A stretch of DNA of 64,000 bases, taken from NCBI RefSeq assembly GCF_006345805.1, contig NC_043017.1, positions 5,270,001 to 5,334,000 on the forward strand. The letters run 5' to 3'. The notes below the pieces were generated by a model. The model was not told the origin of the DNA. It made no database searches and saw only the letters and a program-made list of their open reading frames with translations. A program made the translations under genes and the position numbers. Shown piece after piece: positions 56,901 to 64,000 of the stretch; position 1 is the stretch's first letter; each line of letters starts with the position of its first letter. This DNA comes from Octopus sinensis. Taxonomy: Eukaryota.

Positions 56901-57193
56901 GCCCATTGAACACTTCATGTGAATTGCCTCAAGGTATTGAGATGAAGTTTTCTGGGGCTCGATACGAAGACCCGTCAAGGTCTTTAAACGATAGAGACAC
57001 TAGTGTTATTCAGTGTAACACTTTGCCAAAACGAGCCGAGAAGGATCGTCACCTGGCAACGTCATCTGTTTCAGATGAATTCTCTGTTTATAAACCTGGC
57101 GCTCGGCTCTCACTGGCTCAGCAGCACTCTCTCCACAGTGGCACCCAAACGGTACAACATAGGAAGTCTGAGCCAGTGAAAACCAGGGAAGAG
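23887..57193 (+). CDS. RASAL2: Multi-exon RasGAP gene of the RASAL2(nGAP)/DAB2IP/SYNGAP1 family, partial (PH-C2-RasGAP-Ser-rich region). Exons: 23887-24111, 37730-37831, 40273-40371, 40833-40918, 42944-42998, 44026-44158, 45601-45763, 47048-47127, 47985-48163, 48874-49022, 51976-52051, 52514-52604, 53838-53951, 55619-57193
   Basis: All 14 exons have AG acceptors and GT donors (one GC). Their phases chain into a single open frame of 3127 nt. Recognisable family motifs: [93 protein letters not shown]. The symbol is a family-level proxy, since invertebrates typically have a single co-orthologue of the three vertebrate genes. Confidence 0.95.
24887..25198 (-). mobile_element. tRNA-headed SINE-like element carrying a hammerhead motif
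   Basis: A box TGGCGTAGTGG (25192-25182) and B box GAGTTCGATTCC (25149-25138), followed by (AAT)n, the hammerhead, and a 3' GATGAGGA/TCCTCATC stem. The first T4 run is at 24890-24887. Confidence 0.65.
25008..25053 (-). ncRNA. Minimal type-I hammerhead ribozyme motif
   Basis: Minus strand: GACAC CUGAUGA A GGCUG gagggUaUaU CAGCC GAA ACGU U GUGUU. Intact core, 5-bp stem II, palindromic stem III (ACGU), 5-bp stem I (one G-U). Confidence 0.75.
25890..26707 (-). mobile_element. Internally deleted Tc1/mariner (maT/DD37D-like) element split by a SINE (26141-26560)
   Basis: TA|CAGGGTG terminus at 26709-26701. Translation EIWKHAV...INPRTV is joined to [31 protein letters not shown]. Confidence 0.7.
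27705..28360. repeat. Large compound (TA)n/(TATG)n microsatellite
   Basis: About 650 bp of almost pure T/A alternation. Similar tracts at 14290-14585, 15190-15600, 26940-27275 and 62185-62450. Confidence 0.97.
29995..30023 (+). other. Candidate alternative first coding exon (MVLLNNNFK-), phase 2, compatible with the 37730 acceptor
   Basis: ATG...AAATG|gtaggt downstream of about 350 bp of unique CpG-containing sequence (29650-30000). Confidence 0.25.
31360..31450 (+). ncRNA. Degenerate hammerhead-like motif enclosed by a long outer stem
   Basis: CUGAUGA (31391-31397) ... GAA ACAAGU U. Outer arms ttggcaacttgaaaggtgagg and cctcatttcaagctgccaa are complementary. Confidence 0.4.
32488..32537 (+). 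ncRNA. Minimal type-I hammerhead motif (CUGAAGA core) in a Penelope-like fold-back element
   Basis: ACCAC CUGAAGA aUGUC...GACAc GAA ACAAUCGU A GUGGU. The inverted copy at 32394-32443 preserves the perfect palindrome ACGAUCGU. Confidence 0.6.
32545..33192 (-). mobile_element. (GAT)n-tailed repeat family D (GGTTGGCGTTAGGAAGGGCATCCAGCTGTAGAAAC module), representative copy
   Basis: Copies at about 1090-1510, 4035-4185, 7655-7935, 22690-23060, 26740-26930, 45015-45330, 46490-46710, 48250-48445, 49715-49985, 50035-50550, 52770-53050, 53295-53670, 54690-54915. Confidence 0.85.
32719..33020. repeat. About 61-bp minisatellite, about 5 units, inside a family D copy
   Basis: The unit start ATGTGCC/ATGTCC recurs at 32723, 32783, 32845, 32906 and 32970. 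Confidence 0.9.
34588..35431. mobile_element. hAT (Charlie-like) MITE with 8-bp TSD, containing the CR1 insertion
   Basis: Ends CAGTGCTTC / GAAGCTCTG, flanked by identical CTGTAGAT (34580-34587 and 35432-35439). A related end lies at 54920-55030. Confidence 0.75.
34689..35330 (+). mobile_element. CR1/L2-clade LINE 3' fragment with (ATT)n tail
   Basis: [15 protein letters not shown]...LEIVQ...[22 protein letters not shown]...RGHVYKVRK...[13 protein letters not shown], a canonical CR1 C-terminus. Confidence 0.9.
37730..37831 (+). CDS. RasGAP exon, PH-C2 linker and C2 start ([35 protein letters not shown])
   Basis: ttctcag| ... |gtaaga, 102 nt, phase 2-2. Homologous to [34 protein letters not shown]. 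Confidence 0.93.
40273..40371 (+). CDS. RasGAP exon, C2 domain ([32 protein letters not shown])
   Basis: ttttgcag| ... |gtaatt, 99 nt, phase 2-2. Confidence 0.93.
40833..40918 (+). CDS. RasGAP exon, C2 domain ([28 protein letters not shown])
   Basis: ttgtttcag| ... |gtcagt, 86 nt, phase 2-1. Carries the conserved polybasic KKKKKDK loop. Confidence 0.92.
41100..41350. repeat. About 60-bp degenerate tandem repeat (CTACATGTGT-rich)
   Basis: TATCTACATGTGTTAATG...CACCAGAAAC...CTATGGCCTTG repeated about 4 times. Confidence 0.7.
41600..42140. repeat. About 26-bp degenerate minisatellite (TGTGGCACCAACACCAGTGCTTCCCA)
   Basis: About 20 units. The same motif is expanded at 1290-1505. Confidence 0.88.
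42944..42998 (+). CDS. RasGAP exon, C2 domain ([19 protein letters not shown])
   Basis: tatatttcag| ... |gtatgt, 55 nt, phase 1-2. Confidence 0.92.
44026..44158 (+). CDS. RasGAP exon, C2 end ([44 protein letters not shown])
   Basis: ggctag| ... |gtaaga, 133 nt, phase 2-0. Confidence 0.92.
44599..44920 (+). mobile_element. tRNA-derived SINE family C (GGCGCATGGCTCAGTGG...GAGTTCGAATCCC...TTCTTGAGCAAGACAC), representative copy
   Basis: Copies at about 36703-37030 (nested in the microsatellite of a family A copy), 51408-51735 and 58525-58610. A variant body occurs at 8595-8760, 30480-30840 and 44281-44570. Confidence 0.82.
45601..45763 (+). CDS. RasGAP exon, GAP domain ([54 protein letters not shown])
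   Basis: ttttttccag| ... |gtaaat, 163 nt, phase 0-1. Confidence 0.94.
47048..47127 (+). CDS. RasGAP exon, arginine finger ([27 protein letters not shown])
   Basis: tttgcag| ... |gtaagt, 80 nt, phase 1-0. The catalytic Arg in FRGNS is intact. Confidence 0.95.
47271..47678 (+). mobile_element. Second copy of the same CR1 3' fragment
   Basis: Closely matches 34827-35240. Confidence 0.88.
47985..48163 (+). CDS. RasGAP exon, GAP domain ([10 protein letters not shown]...EVDPTKL...[24 protein letters not shown])
   Basis: ttttccaatag| ... |gtatgt, 179 nt, phase 0-2. Confidence 0.94.
48874..49022 (+). CDS. RasGAP exon, FLR motif ([10 protein letters not shown]...[25 protein letters not shown])
   Basis: taatacag| ... 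|gtaaaa, 149 nt, phase 2-1. Confidence 0.95.
49515..49617 (-). ncRNA. Degenerate hammerhead-like motif with a long AT-rich stem II loop
   Basis: UUGAAGA (C3>U) UGGACUA...UAGCCAU GAA ACGUACGU A GUGUU. Confidence 0.4.
50342..50550. repeat. 50-bp minisatellite, about 4 units
   Basis: CTCAAAAGGTGCTTCAAAGG recurs at 50355, 50405, 50455 and 50505. Confidence 0.9.
51976..52051 (+). CDS. RasGAP exon ([25 protein letters not shown])
   Basis: ctcttgtag| ... |gtaagt, 76 nt, phase 1-2. Confidence 0.95.
52514..52604 (+). CDS. RasGAP exon ([30 protein letters not shown])
   Basis: ctcttttag| ... |gtaagt, 91 nt, phase 2-0. Confidence 0.95.
53838..53951 (+). CDS. RasGAP exon with GC donor ([38 protein letters not shown])
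   Basis: tttttcag| ... GAG|gcaagt, 114 nt, phase 0-0. Joins in frame to [13 protein letters not shown]. Confidence 0.9.
53972..54915 (+). mobile_element. 5'-truncated RTE-clade LINE (ORF C-terminus plus 3' UTR), degenerate
   Basis: [11 protein letters not shown]...RIGIAWAKF...[17 protein letters not shown]...LRWYGHVVR...GRPRKTW, with in-frame stops. Continues into the GGAAGGGCATCC-containing 3' module. Confidence 0.9.
55619..57193 (+). CDS. RasGAP large exon: GAP end plus 525-aa Ser/Thr/Asn-rich, probably disordered region ending ...[11 protein letters not shown]
   Basis: ttttctttag| ... GAG|gtaaat, 1575 nt, phase 0-0. Coincides with the 539-aa ORF. Starts with [23 protein letters not shown], homologous to ATVAKLGPLPRVLADITKSLTNP. 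Confidence 0.93.
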
Positions 57194-57269
57194 GTAAATA
57201 TCATTCTTCATCCTCATCAATTTTTTTTGTTGGAATTCACACCAGCTTTGTATATACACTAAACACGTT

Positions 57270-57960
57270 TAGACCAACACTAAATACGTTTATAAAAACA
57301 GTACCACCAAATACATTTAGACTAACACTAAACACATTTAGACCAACACAGTTGTACTGAATATATTCAAGCCAACACAGTAATACTTAACATGCTTAGG
57401 CCAATAGTGACATCATCATCATTTCCGTTTAACATCCGCTTTCCATGCTGGCATGGATTAGATGGTGACACTAAATACATTTAGACCAGCACTGTAACAT
57501 AAAACATAAAATGAACAGTAAACATGGTTAAACTAGCACATTAACACTAAATACAGTTAGACTAATACTGTAGTCACTAAACATGTTTTGGTCAGCAGAG
57601 TAAATGTTAGACTCAAATTTCATTTAGACCAAAACAGCAGAGACTAAATGCATTTAGACTAGCAGTAGATACACTTAAACCAATATAGCAGTAACACTAA
57701 ATATATTTAGACCAATGCAGTAAACGTGTTTAGAAAAACAGAATAACACTTAACAAAGTTAGACTAGCACTAAACACATTTAGACCAGCACTATGGCACT
57801 TCATTGAAAACAAACCTTACAGTAAACGTATTTAGACCAGTACGAAAACAGTTAACACTTAAGCCAACTGGGTGACACTAAACAAAAATAGACTAACATA
57901 GAGACAGTAAACACATTTAGACCAATGCAGTTAACACTGAACATAAAACCAACTGTACAG
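57270..57960. repeat. Degenerate satellite-like tract (AAACACATTTAGACCAACAC variants)
   Basis: TTTAGACC/TTAGACT cores recur more than 15 times immediately after the large exon. Confidence 0.75.
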
Positions 57961-58384
57961 TTTAAACAATTCACATTTAAACCATCAGTACAGTAAGAGT
58001 AAACAATATTTCTTATGCTGTTTCCACAATTAAAATATTAGTGTGAGTTCACTCGACAACAACAGCATGACCACCACCACCACTATCACTTGGTTATTTC
58101 TCTTAAATTATAATCACACACATAATTACACAAATGATTTCTTTATTTTCTTCCAGTTTTTGTTTCATTGTTTCATTATTAGACATTGGTCTGATTCGTT
58201 AGAAATGGTACAACATATTTATATATAATCTGTAGCTTGACTAACAGAGTAGCTAAGTGACCTGTTTACAAAGAAAAAACAGGCTTTAATTACAAAGTAA
58301 ACCACCTTTAATTACTGTACAATTTGGAAAGTGGTGCTCCAGCATGACCATAGCTGAGATGCTTAAAACAAACTAAAAATTAAT

Positions 58385-58525
58385 TTAACAGTCTCTATAT
58401 GGTTACCATTGTTTTCGATACACATTGCAATACATTTACCCCACTCGTTGTGAACTTGTAATAGCACATCTGGTGATAGGTGTGCAAATGAGTTGGTGAT
58501 GCATTCCTTCAAATCATTTATGTCT
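58385..58525 (-). mobile_element. Tc1/mariner transposase C-terminal fragment
   Basis: INDLKECITNSFAHLSPDVLLQVHNEWGKCIAMCIENNGNHIE, a typical mariner C-terminal helix ending in NGxHIE. Confidence 0.65.
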
Positions 58526-59058
58526 GCCATAAACAACCTTGCCTGGACTTGTGCCTGGGAGGGTAACATTCTAGGTGCAATCCCATGGTCAGTCATAATC
58601 AAAGGGGGTCTCAGCACTCTTAATGGTTAAATAAGAAATAGGGCAGCACCTGTGGTACATGGCTGATGGAAGGGTAGGAGGATGGAAGAAGTTGTTTTCA
58701 AACCAGAAACCTACTTGTATGTTTTGTCATTTGCTACAGTTGACTCCACTAAAGGCGCCTCTAATTTTGCTAAAGATCGAACAATGGTGATATTGAATTG
58801 ATATTCTATGACCCAACATCAAGAACAATCTCTCCTTTTAGCTGGCTTCGACATAGTTTCCTTGTATAGAATTTCATTCTCAAGGTTTCGGTTGATGCAA
58901 TATTATAGTAGAAGATACTTACCCAAGGTGCCATCTAGTGGGATTGAAGCTGGGACCATATAGTTAGGAAATGAACTCCACCTGTCAATTATATATTTAA
59001 AAAAAGTTTTTGGTTAATTTTTAAAAAATAAAGTTACTAAAGCTTTTCTACTGATTGA

Positions 59059-59446
59059 CCTGATGCAGTGCCAGGCAGTGGCTCTCAATGCCCTGATGCA
59101 GTGCCAGGCAGTGGCTCTCAATGCCCTGATGCAGTGCCAGGCAGTGGCTCTCAATGCCCTGATGCAGTGCCAGGCAGTGGCTCTCAATGCCCTGATGCAG
59201 TGCCAGGCAGTGGCTCTCAATGCCCTGATGCAGTGCCAGGCAGTGGCTCTCAATGCCCTGATGCAGTGCCAGGCAGTGGCTCTCAATGCCCTGATGCAGT
59301 GCCAGGCAGTGGCTCTCAATGCCCTGATGCAGTGCCAGGCAGTGGCTCTCAATGCCCTGATGCAGTGCCAGGCAGTGGCTCTCAATGCCCTGATGCAGTG
59401 CCAGGCAGTGGCTCTCAATGCCCTGATGCAGTGCCAGGCAGTGGCT
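59059..59446. repeat. Perfect 33-bp minisatellite, 11 full units plus 25 nt (CCTGATGCAGTGCCAGGCAGTGGCTCTCAATGC)
   Basis: Identical head-to-tail units with no spacers. Confidence 0.97.
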
Positions 59447-60089
59447 GCCATGGTTTCTGATCTCAACTAATTGAAGTGTCAACATGTACATTGTTTTGTC
59501 TTGGTATAAAAGATGGGCTGCAGCAAATATTCTGCTCAATACCACAGATTTGCTTGTCAGTTGTTTTGACCGTAACCAGTTGACCATGTCCCTTGGTGGA
59601 TGACAATGTGTGCATCTCTGATCACAAGCTGAAGTAGTGGGGGAGCATCATAGCCATATGTTGAGAGGATTTCTTTGGGGTTTGAATAATTCACTCCTGG
59701 AAAAATGGGCGTTTCATTCACCATCCTTTAGCAATCCTTACTCAGAGATCTTTTGAGCAAGATGGGCTGCTCAACTTGAAGATAATTCTTACTGGGCCCC
59801 ACCTGCAAGGTCATGTGCTGTTTATCTTGATATGAAATTACCATGTTGTGTGTATATGGTTGTAATGCATGTACCTGGTGTACCGTTATCAAATGGGTAG
59901 TCACGATGGGTATATTTGGCTTCATATATCTTCACTTCTACGCCACTTTGGTGGTGTGTGCTGCTTGCTCACTCAATAATAATAATAATGACTATCGGGA
60001 AACGATTGTAATGTAGAGTGTTTCATTTAATTATTTTGAACATCAAAAAAATGTATTTTAATTGTTAGAGTTTGGCAAATCCTCTTAAT

Positions 60090-60230
60090 GGCAAAACTGA
60101 AGAACTCCGTTCTGCGATTCTTTCCTGTGACATTCTAATCACATGTCTGTCGCACCAGAGCTGTGACCTCTCAGTGCCAGCTCTGTTGCCCTCAATGCAA
60201 ATAACAGATATTTCAGACGACATTTCGCAG
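60090..60230 (-). mobile_element. Old RTE LINE fragment
   Basis: QLWCDRHVIRMSQERI resembles QLRWAGHVIRMxxERI. Confidence 0.5.
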
Positions 60231-60801
60231 AAAACAAAATTTCTCAACCATTTTCATGTCAAGAATAAATAAAATACACAAATGAAAAAATAAATTTCCT
60301 AAAAAAAAAAAAAAAAATTATGCCAAATTTGTGAGATTTAATGATATTTCAAAAGTTCATATTTATAGTTTTTATACATGGTTTTCTGTGTGTATAAATG
60401 TAAATAGTTAAACGTGTATAGCAATATAAACGGTTATACATTTACAAAGTGAAACAATAGAATACTTCAGTTACAAAGCAATACAGACGTATAATCTTTA
60501 AAAGAAATTCTATCGCCCTCTGGTGGTTTAATATGTGTTGAGGATTGGTTCATAGTTTTAGCTTCAAATTCTATTTCTCACAAATATGTATACGTGTGTG
60601 TGTGTGTGTATGTGTATATATATAAAAAATTAGGAAAAAAACCACCTTTTTATCAATTCAAAATGAACGATTAAATTACACCATCTAGAAAATTACATAT
60701 AATAGAAATATTAACATTAAAATAACAATAAAATGTCAAAGATTAAGTAAATTGCAAAAAAAAATAATAATAACGTATATAAATTGTAGAGTAAAATATA
60801 T

Positions 60802-60850
<49 letters not shown>

Positions 60851-60860
60851 TGTTACTCTA

Positions 60861-60892
<32 letters not shown>

Positions 60893-61454
60893 CACACACA
60901 CACATATATATGTACTGTTAACACTTACTGTATGCAAATTAGTAGCTCCAGGTTTCTATACCTATTGTAATTGTTGAGTATATAAACAGAGTGGTTGCTT
61001 GTTTCTCTGGGATTGGTCAAATTGATGGAGATGTCACTGATGAGAATTCAATAAGATCTGAAAATCATTTAAGGTTGTTCATCATTTTTCTCAATCTACA
61101 GAGAAATCACTAAATTAGCCCTGGCTATATATTTACTATATAGGCTAGATATGTGTATATATGTATGTCTACATGTACATTCGTGCATGTCTATGTGTAT
61201 ATATATATATATATTTGTATATATAGACGTATGTATATATGTATGTGCATACATTCGTGTATGTATATACGTAAGTGTATATATAGAACTATATAGATAC
61301 ATGTGTATGCGATAAGTAAATAAACTGCATTACGTTTTAATATGTGTAGCACATGCAACACCATATGTAGCTTTACAAACATGCTATTCTCATAAAAGAA
61401 AAAAAAAAAACTCTAAAAATACATATATATATATCCAATTGATTTTAACTCCAG

Positions 61455-61487
61455 ACTGACATTGATGGTTCAGAATCAGACCCTGAG
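61455..61487 (+). other. Candidate 33-nt symmetric microexon (TDIDGSESDPE) of the RasGAP gene
   Basis: ttttaactccag|ACTGACATTGATGGTTCAGAATCAGACCCTGAG|gtaagg. Phase 0-0, compatible with the upstream exon ending at 57193. No homology evidence. Confidence 0.4.
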
Positions 61488-62186
61488 GTAAGGCGAATTT
61501 TCAACTCAGATTGGGCTTCATTTTGTCTGTCTTTGTGTTGAAGAAAATATATTTTATTTCAAAAAAAAAAAAAAAAAAAAAAATGTATATATATATTTCT
61601 AGAAGCCAACTGCTATTCCTTGTAGTAAATGGATTAACTCCCTTTTATTGTGGTCATTTCCTGTCCAGTCACCCATCCAGCTTGCAACAGTCTCATATCA
61701 CAATGTCTGTTTTCTTTGTTGCATTTTTCTCTCCCCCCCACTCCCTTTCCTTAAACCTTACATAGTCCTACCTGCTGCCTTTTTCTCGTTTTTTTTTTTT
61801 TTTGCTGATTGTCTCCCCCTGGAACTTGTTGGTTTTAAGGGTTTTATTTTTTGGTTTAATTTGTAGTGTCACTGTTGTTATTTATTGTTTTTTTTTTTAA
61901 CTTCGTGGTAGAAATGTTTTGATGGAAACTATATATTCTAAGTCTGCCTTTAGTTGTGCTCTAGTATAATGAGTGTGAGTGCAACATCCTGGTAACATGT
62001 TTGGAATATGTGATGTTTTATAGTTATGTATACTTAACGTATATACACAGTTGATAGGCCAGTTACTGCAGTATTTGTCCCGAGATAACATTGCACGTCC
62101 ATAAGATATGTAATTCAAGGACAAATGTCAAAGCAACTAGCCTATCATCAGCATATATACATTGAACATGATACATAGAAGCTATA

Positions 62187-62219
<33 letters not shown>

Positions 62220-62289
62220 GGATATTTATGTATATATATGGATGTTTATGTATATATGGATGTTTATGTATATATATGGATATATAAGG

Positions 62290-62323
<34 letters not shown>

Positions 62324-62401
62324 ATATATATGTATATATATATGTGTGTATATATATATGTATATATATATGTATATATATGTATATATATAGATGTATA
62401 T

Positions 62402-62448
<47 letters not shown>

Positions 62449-62987
62449 ATAAAGAATTTGAACATTCAAACTTTGTTTATTACCATTGTTTGATTCATAA
62501 TAATTGTCTGACACGTGTTTCGATCGCATTAATTGTAAATTGTTGCATATATATATATATATGTATATAGCAATTTATACATTATTATCTCTTTAGGATG
62601 TTTATAATACGACATTGTTCAAAAAGGAATTTTCATTGTACTTTACACTCTAAGTAGCCAGGAAAAAAACTGTAGCATAGGATGGGAGTTAAAGGAAATT
62701 TACCATAAAACACACCATCTGAAGGAACCATACATACATACATATATGTATATATATATATATATATATAATAAATATTAGGGAATGAATCCAAAATTAC
62801 AGGGAAAAATCAGATTTAGGGTTAAATCCAATTTTATAGTAAAATATTATATAATATAATTCGAGACAAAACCACTATTTTAAAACCAAACAAGGAAAGA
62901 CTTAATCAATACATAAAATTTTAATATAAATTAAATAAACCGCCACTACAATTGTTTCATGTCTGCTTGTTTGGTTTTGTCTCGAAT

Positions 62988-63033
<46 letters not shown>

Positions 63034-63287
63034 GTCATGAATTGGTGATAGGATTCATTTCCGATCCTGTTCAGCTACATGGTGTTGATAAGCGACAGAA
63101 ATGGCGAAACATCATTGTCCATCACTGCTGAATGAAATTAGTGGTGAATTATCTCACCTGTCCATGACTTTCAGGTGCTTTGAGAGAATATTCTCCACTG
63201 TGCCAAACCACAGCCTACCGGCAAATGCACAGAGTGTGTATGCTAAGTATATCTGGTTGATCATATGTATATTTATACATACACACA

Positions 63288-63330
<43 letters not shown>

Positions 63331-63426
63331 TTTATCCAAACATGAAAACACAAAGAGAAAACACAACAACGCGAGAACATGGAACAAATATAGTATTATT
63401 GGATGCTTAGGAAGGAAGGGAAGGAG

Positions 63427-63463
63427 TGTTTAACGTTTCGAGCGGAGCTCTTCATCGGAAACA
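63427..63463 (-). ncRNA. Hammerhead-like variant (CCGAUGA core)
   Basis: UGUUU CCGAUGA A GAGC ucc GCUC GAA ACGU U AAACA. All three stems are intact, with one core substitution. Confidence 0.5.
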
Positions 63464-63649
63464 TAACAGAAGGAAAGATCCAGAGAAAGGAAGACAGAGG
63501 AAAAAAATCGCCAACGGTACACATGCGGTCACATTTTGAATATGTATATATATATATATAGCTGAAATTTACAGAAAAACAAAAGACGAAGACAGGTGTA
63601 TGAACAACAAACAGGTATATTAGTGTATTAGTTGGGAAAGTGAGAAAGT

Positions 63650-63685
63650 CTTTTACATTTCGAGCCTACGCTCTTCAACAGAAAG
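63650..63685 (-). ncRNA. Hammerhead-like variant (CUGUUGA core)
   Basis: CUUU CUGUUGA A GAGC guag GCUC GAA AUGU A AAAG. Stems I and II are intact; the stem III palindrome is CpG-decayed. Confidence 0.45.
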
Positions 63686-64000
63686 GAATAAGAGGAAATA
63701 AACAGAGAGAATAAAAAACTTGTGGATTTAGTGGTCAAGCATTGTGACTGGAGAAAGAAATGCAAAGTAACAATGTACGGAGTATGGAAAAATAGACAGT
63801 TCAAAAAAGTTCAGACATCGTGGTATATTGGAGTGATTTTTCATCAACAGACGAGTCCAGTGAAATCCATAAAAGTATATCCAATGGTAATCTGGGTAGA
63901 TTGCTGGTATGTAGATGAGGAGAAGTGCAGAAAGTTCAGGCAGTAGTTTAGATATGTAAGTCCAAAGAGTAAGCAGTTAAAACTAGATAAAACTGGAGTA

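Noticed and set aside
57194-57262. C-terminal 22 codons and stop of the 539-aa ORF
   Set aside because: Read-through into an intron after a strong GAG|gtaaat donor. The family's coiled-coil C-terminus is expected further downstream.
59059-59446. CRISPR array, or repeat protein from the four overlapping ORFs
   Set aside because: The units are head-to-tail identical with no spacers and no cas genes, in a eukaryotic context. The ORFs follow from a 33-bp period.
61037-61064. Additional hammerhead at CTGATGA...GAAA (also 51812 and 52244)
   Set aside because: No convincing stem II, no palindromic stem III and no stem I pairing. Could be chance or heavily decayed.

Overview
Eukaryotic, AT-rich, microsatellite- and SINE-saturated DNA. 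The repeat families and (TA)n/(ATT)n/(GAT)n density are typical of an Octopus genome (inference, not verified). The window holds the central part of one plus-strand gene encoding a SynGAP-family Ras GTPase-activating protein (RASAL2/nGAP-DAB2IP-SYNGAP1 co-orthologue). I could splice 14 exons (23887-57193, 3127 nt, about 1042 codons) into one continuous frame covering the C-terminal half of the PH domain, the C2 domain, the RasGAP domain (arginine finger FRGNS, FLR motif) and a 1575-nt Ser-rich exon. One intron is GC-AG. The N-terminal exons and the C-terminal coiled-coil exons were not found. Introns contain tRNA-derived SINEs, RTE and CR1 LINE fragments, Tc1/mariner and hAT remnants, a Helentron-like element and several minisatellites. 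The most notable signal is a set of minimal type-I hammerhead-ribozyme motifs (CUGANGA...GAA-palindrome-H), each with a different self-complementary stem III. One of them sits inside a tRNA-headed Pol III SINE (24887-25198, minus strand), and another lies sense to the host pre-mRNA inside a 149-bp fold-back. All structure calls were made by eye; none has been computed or tested.
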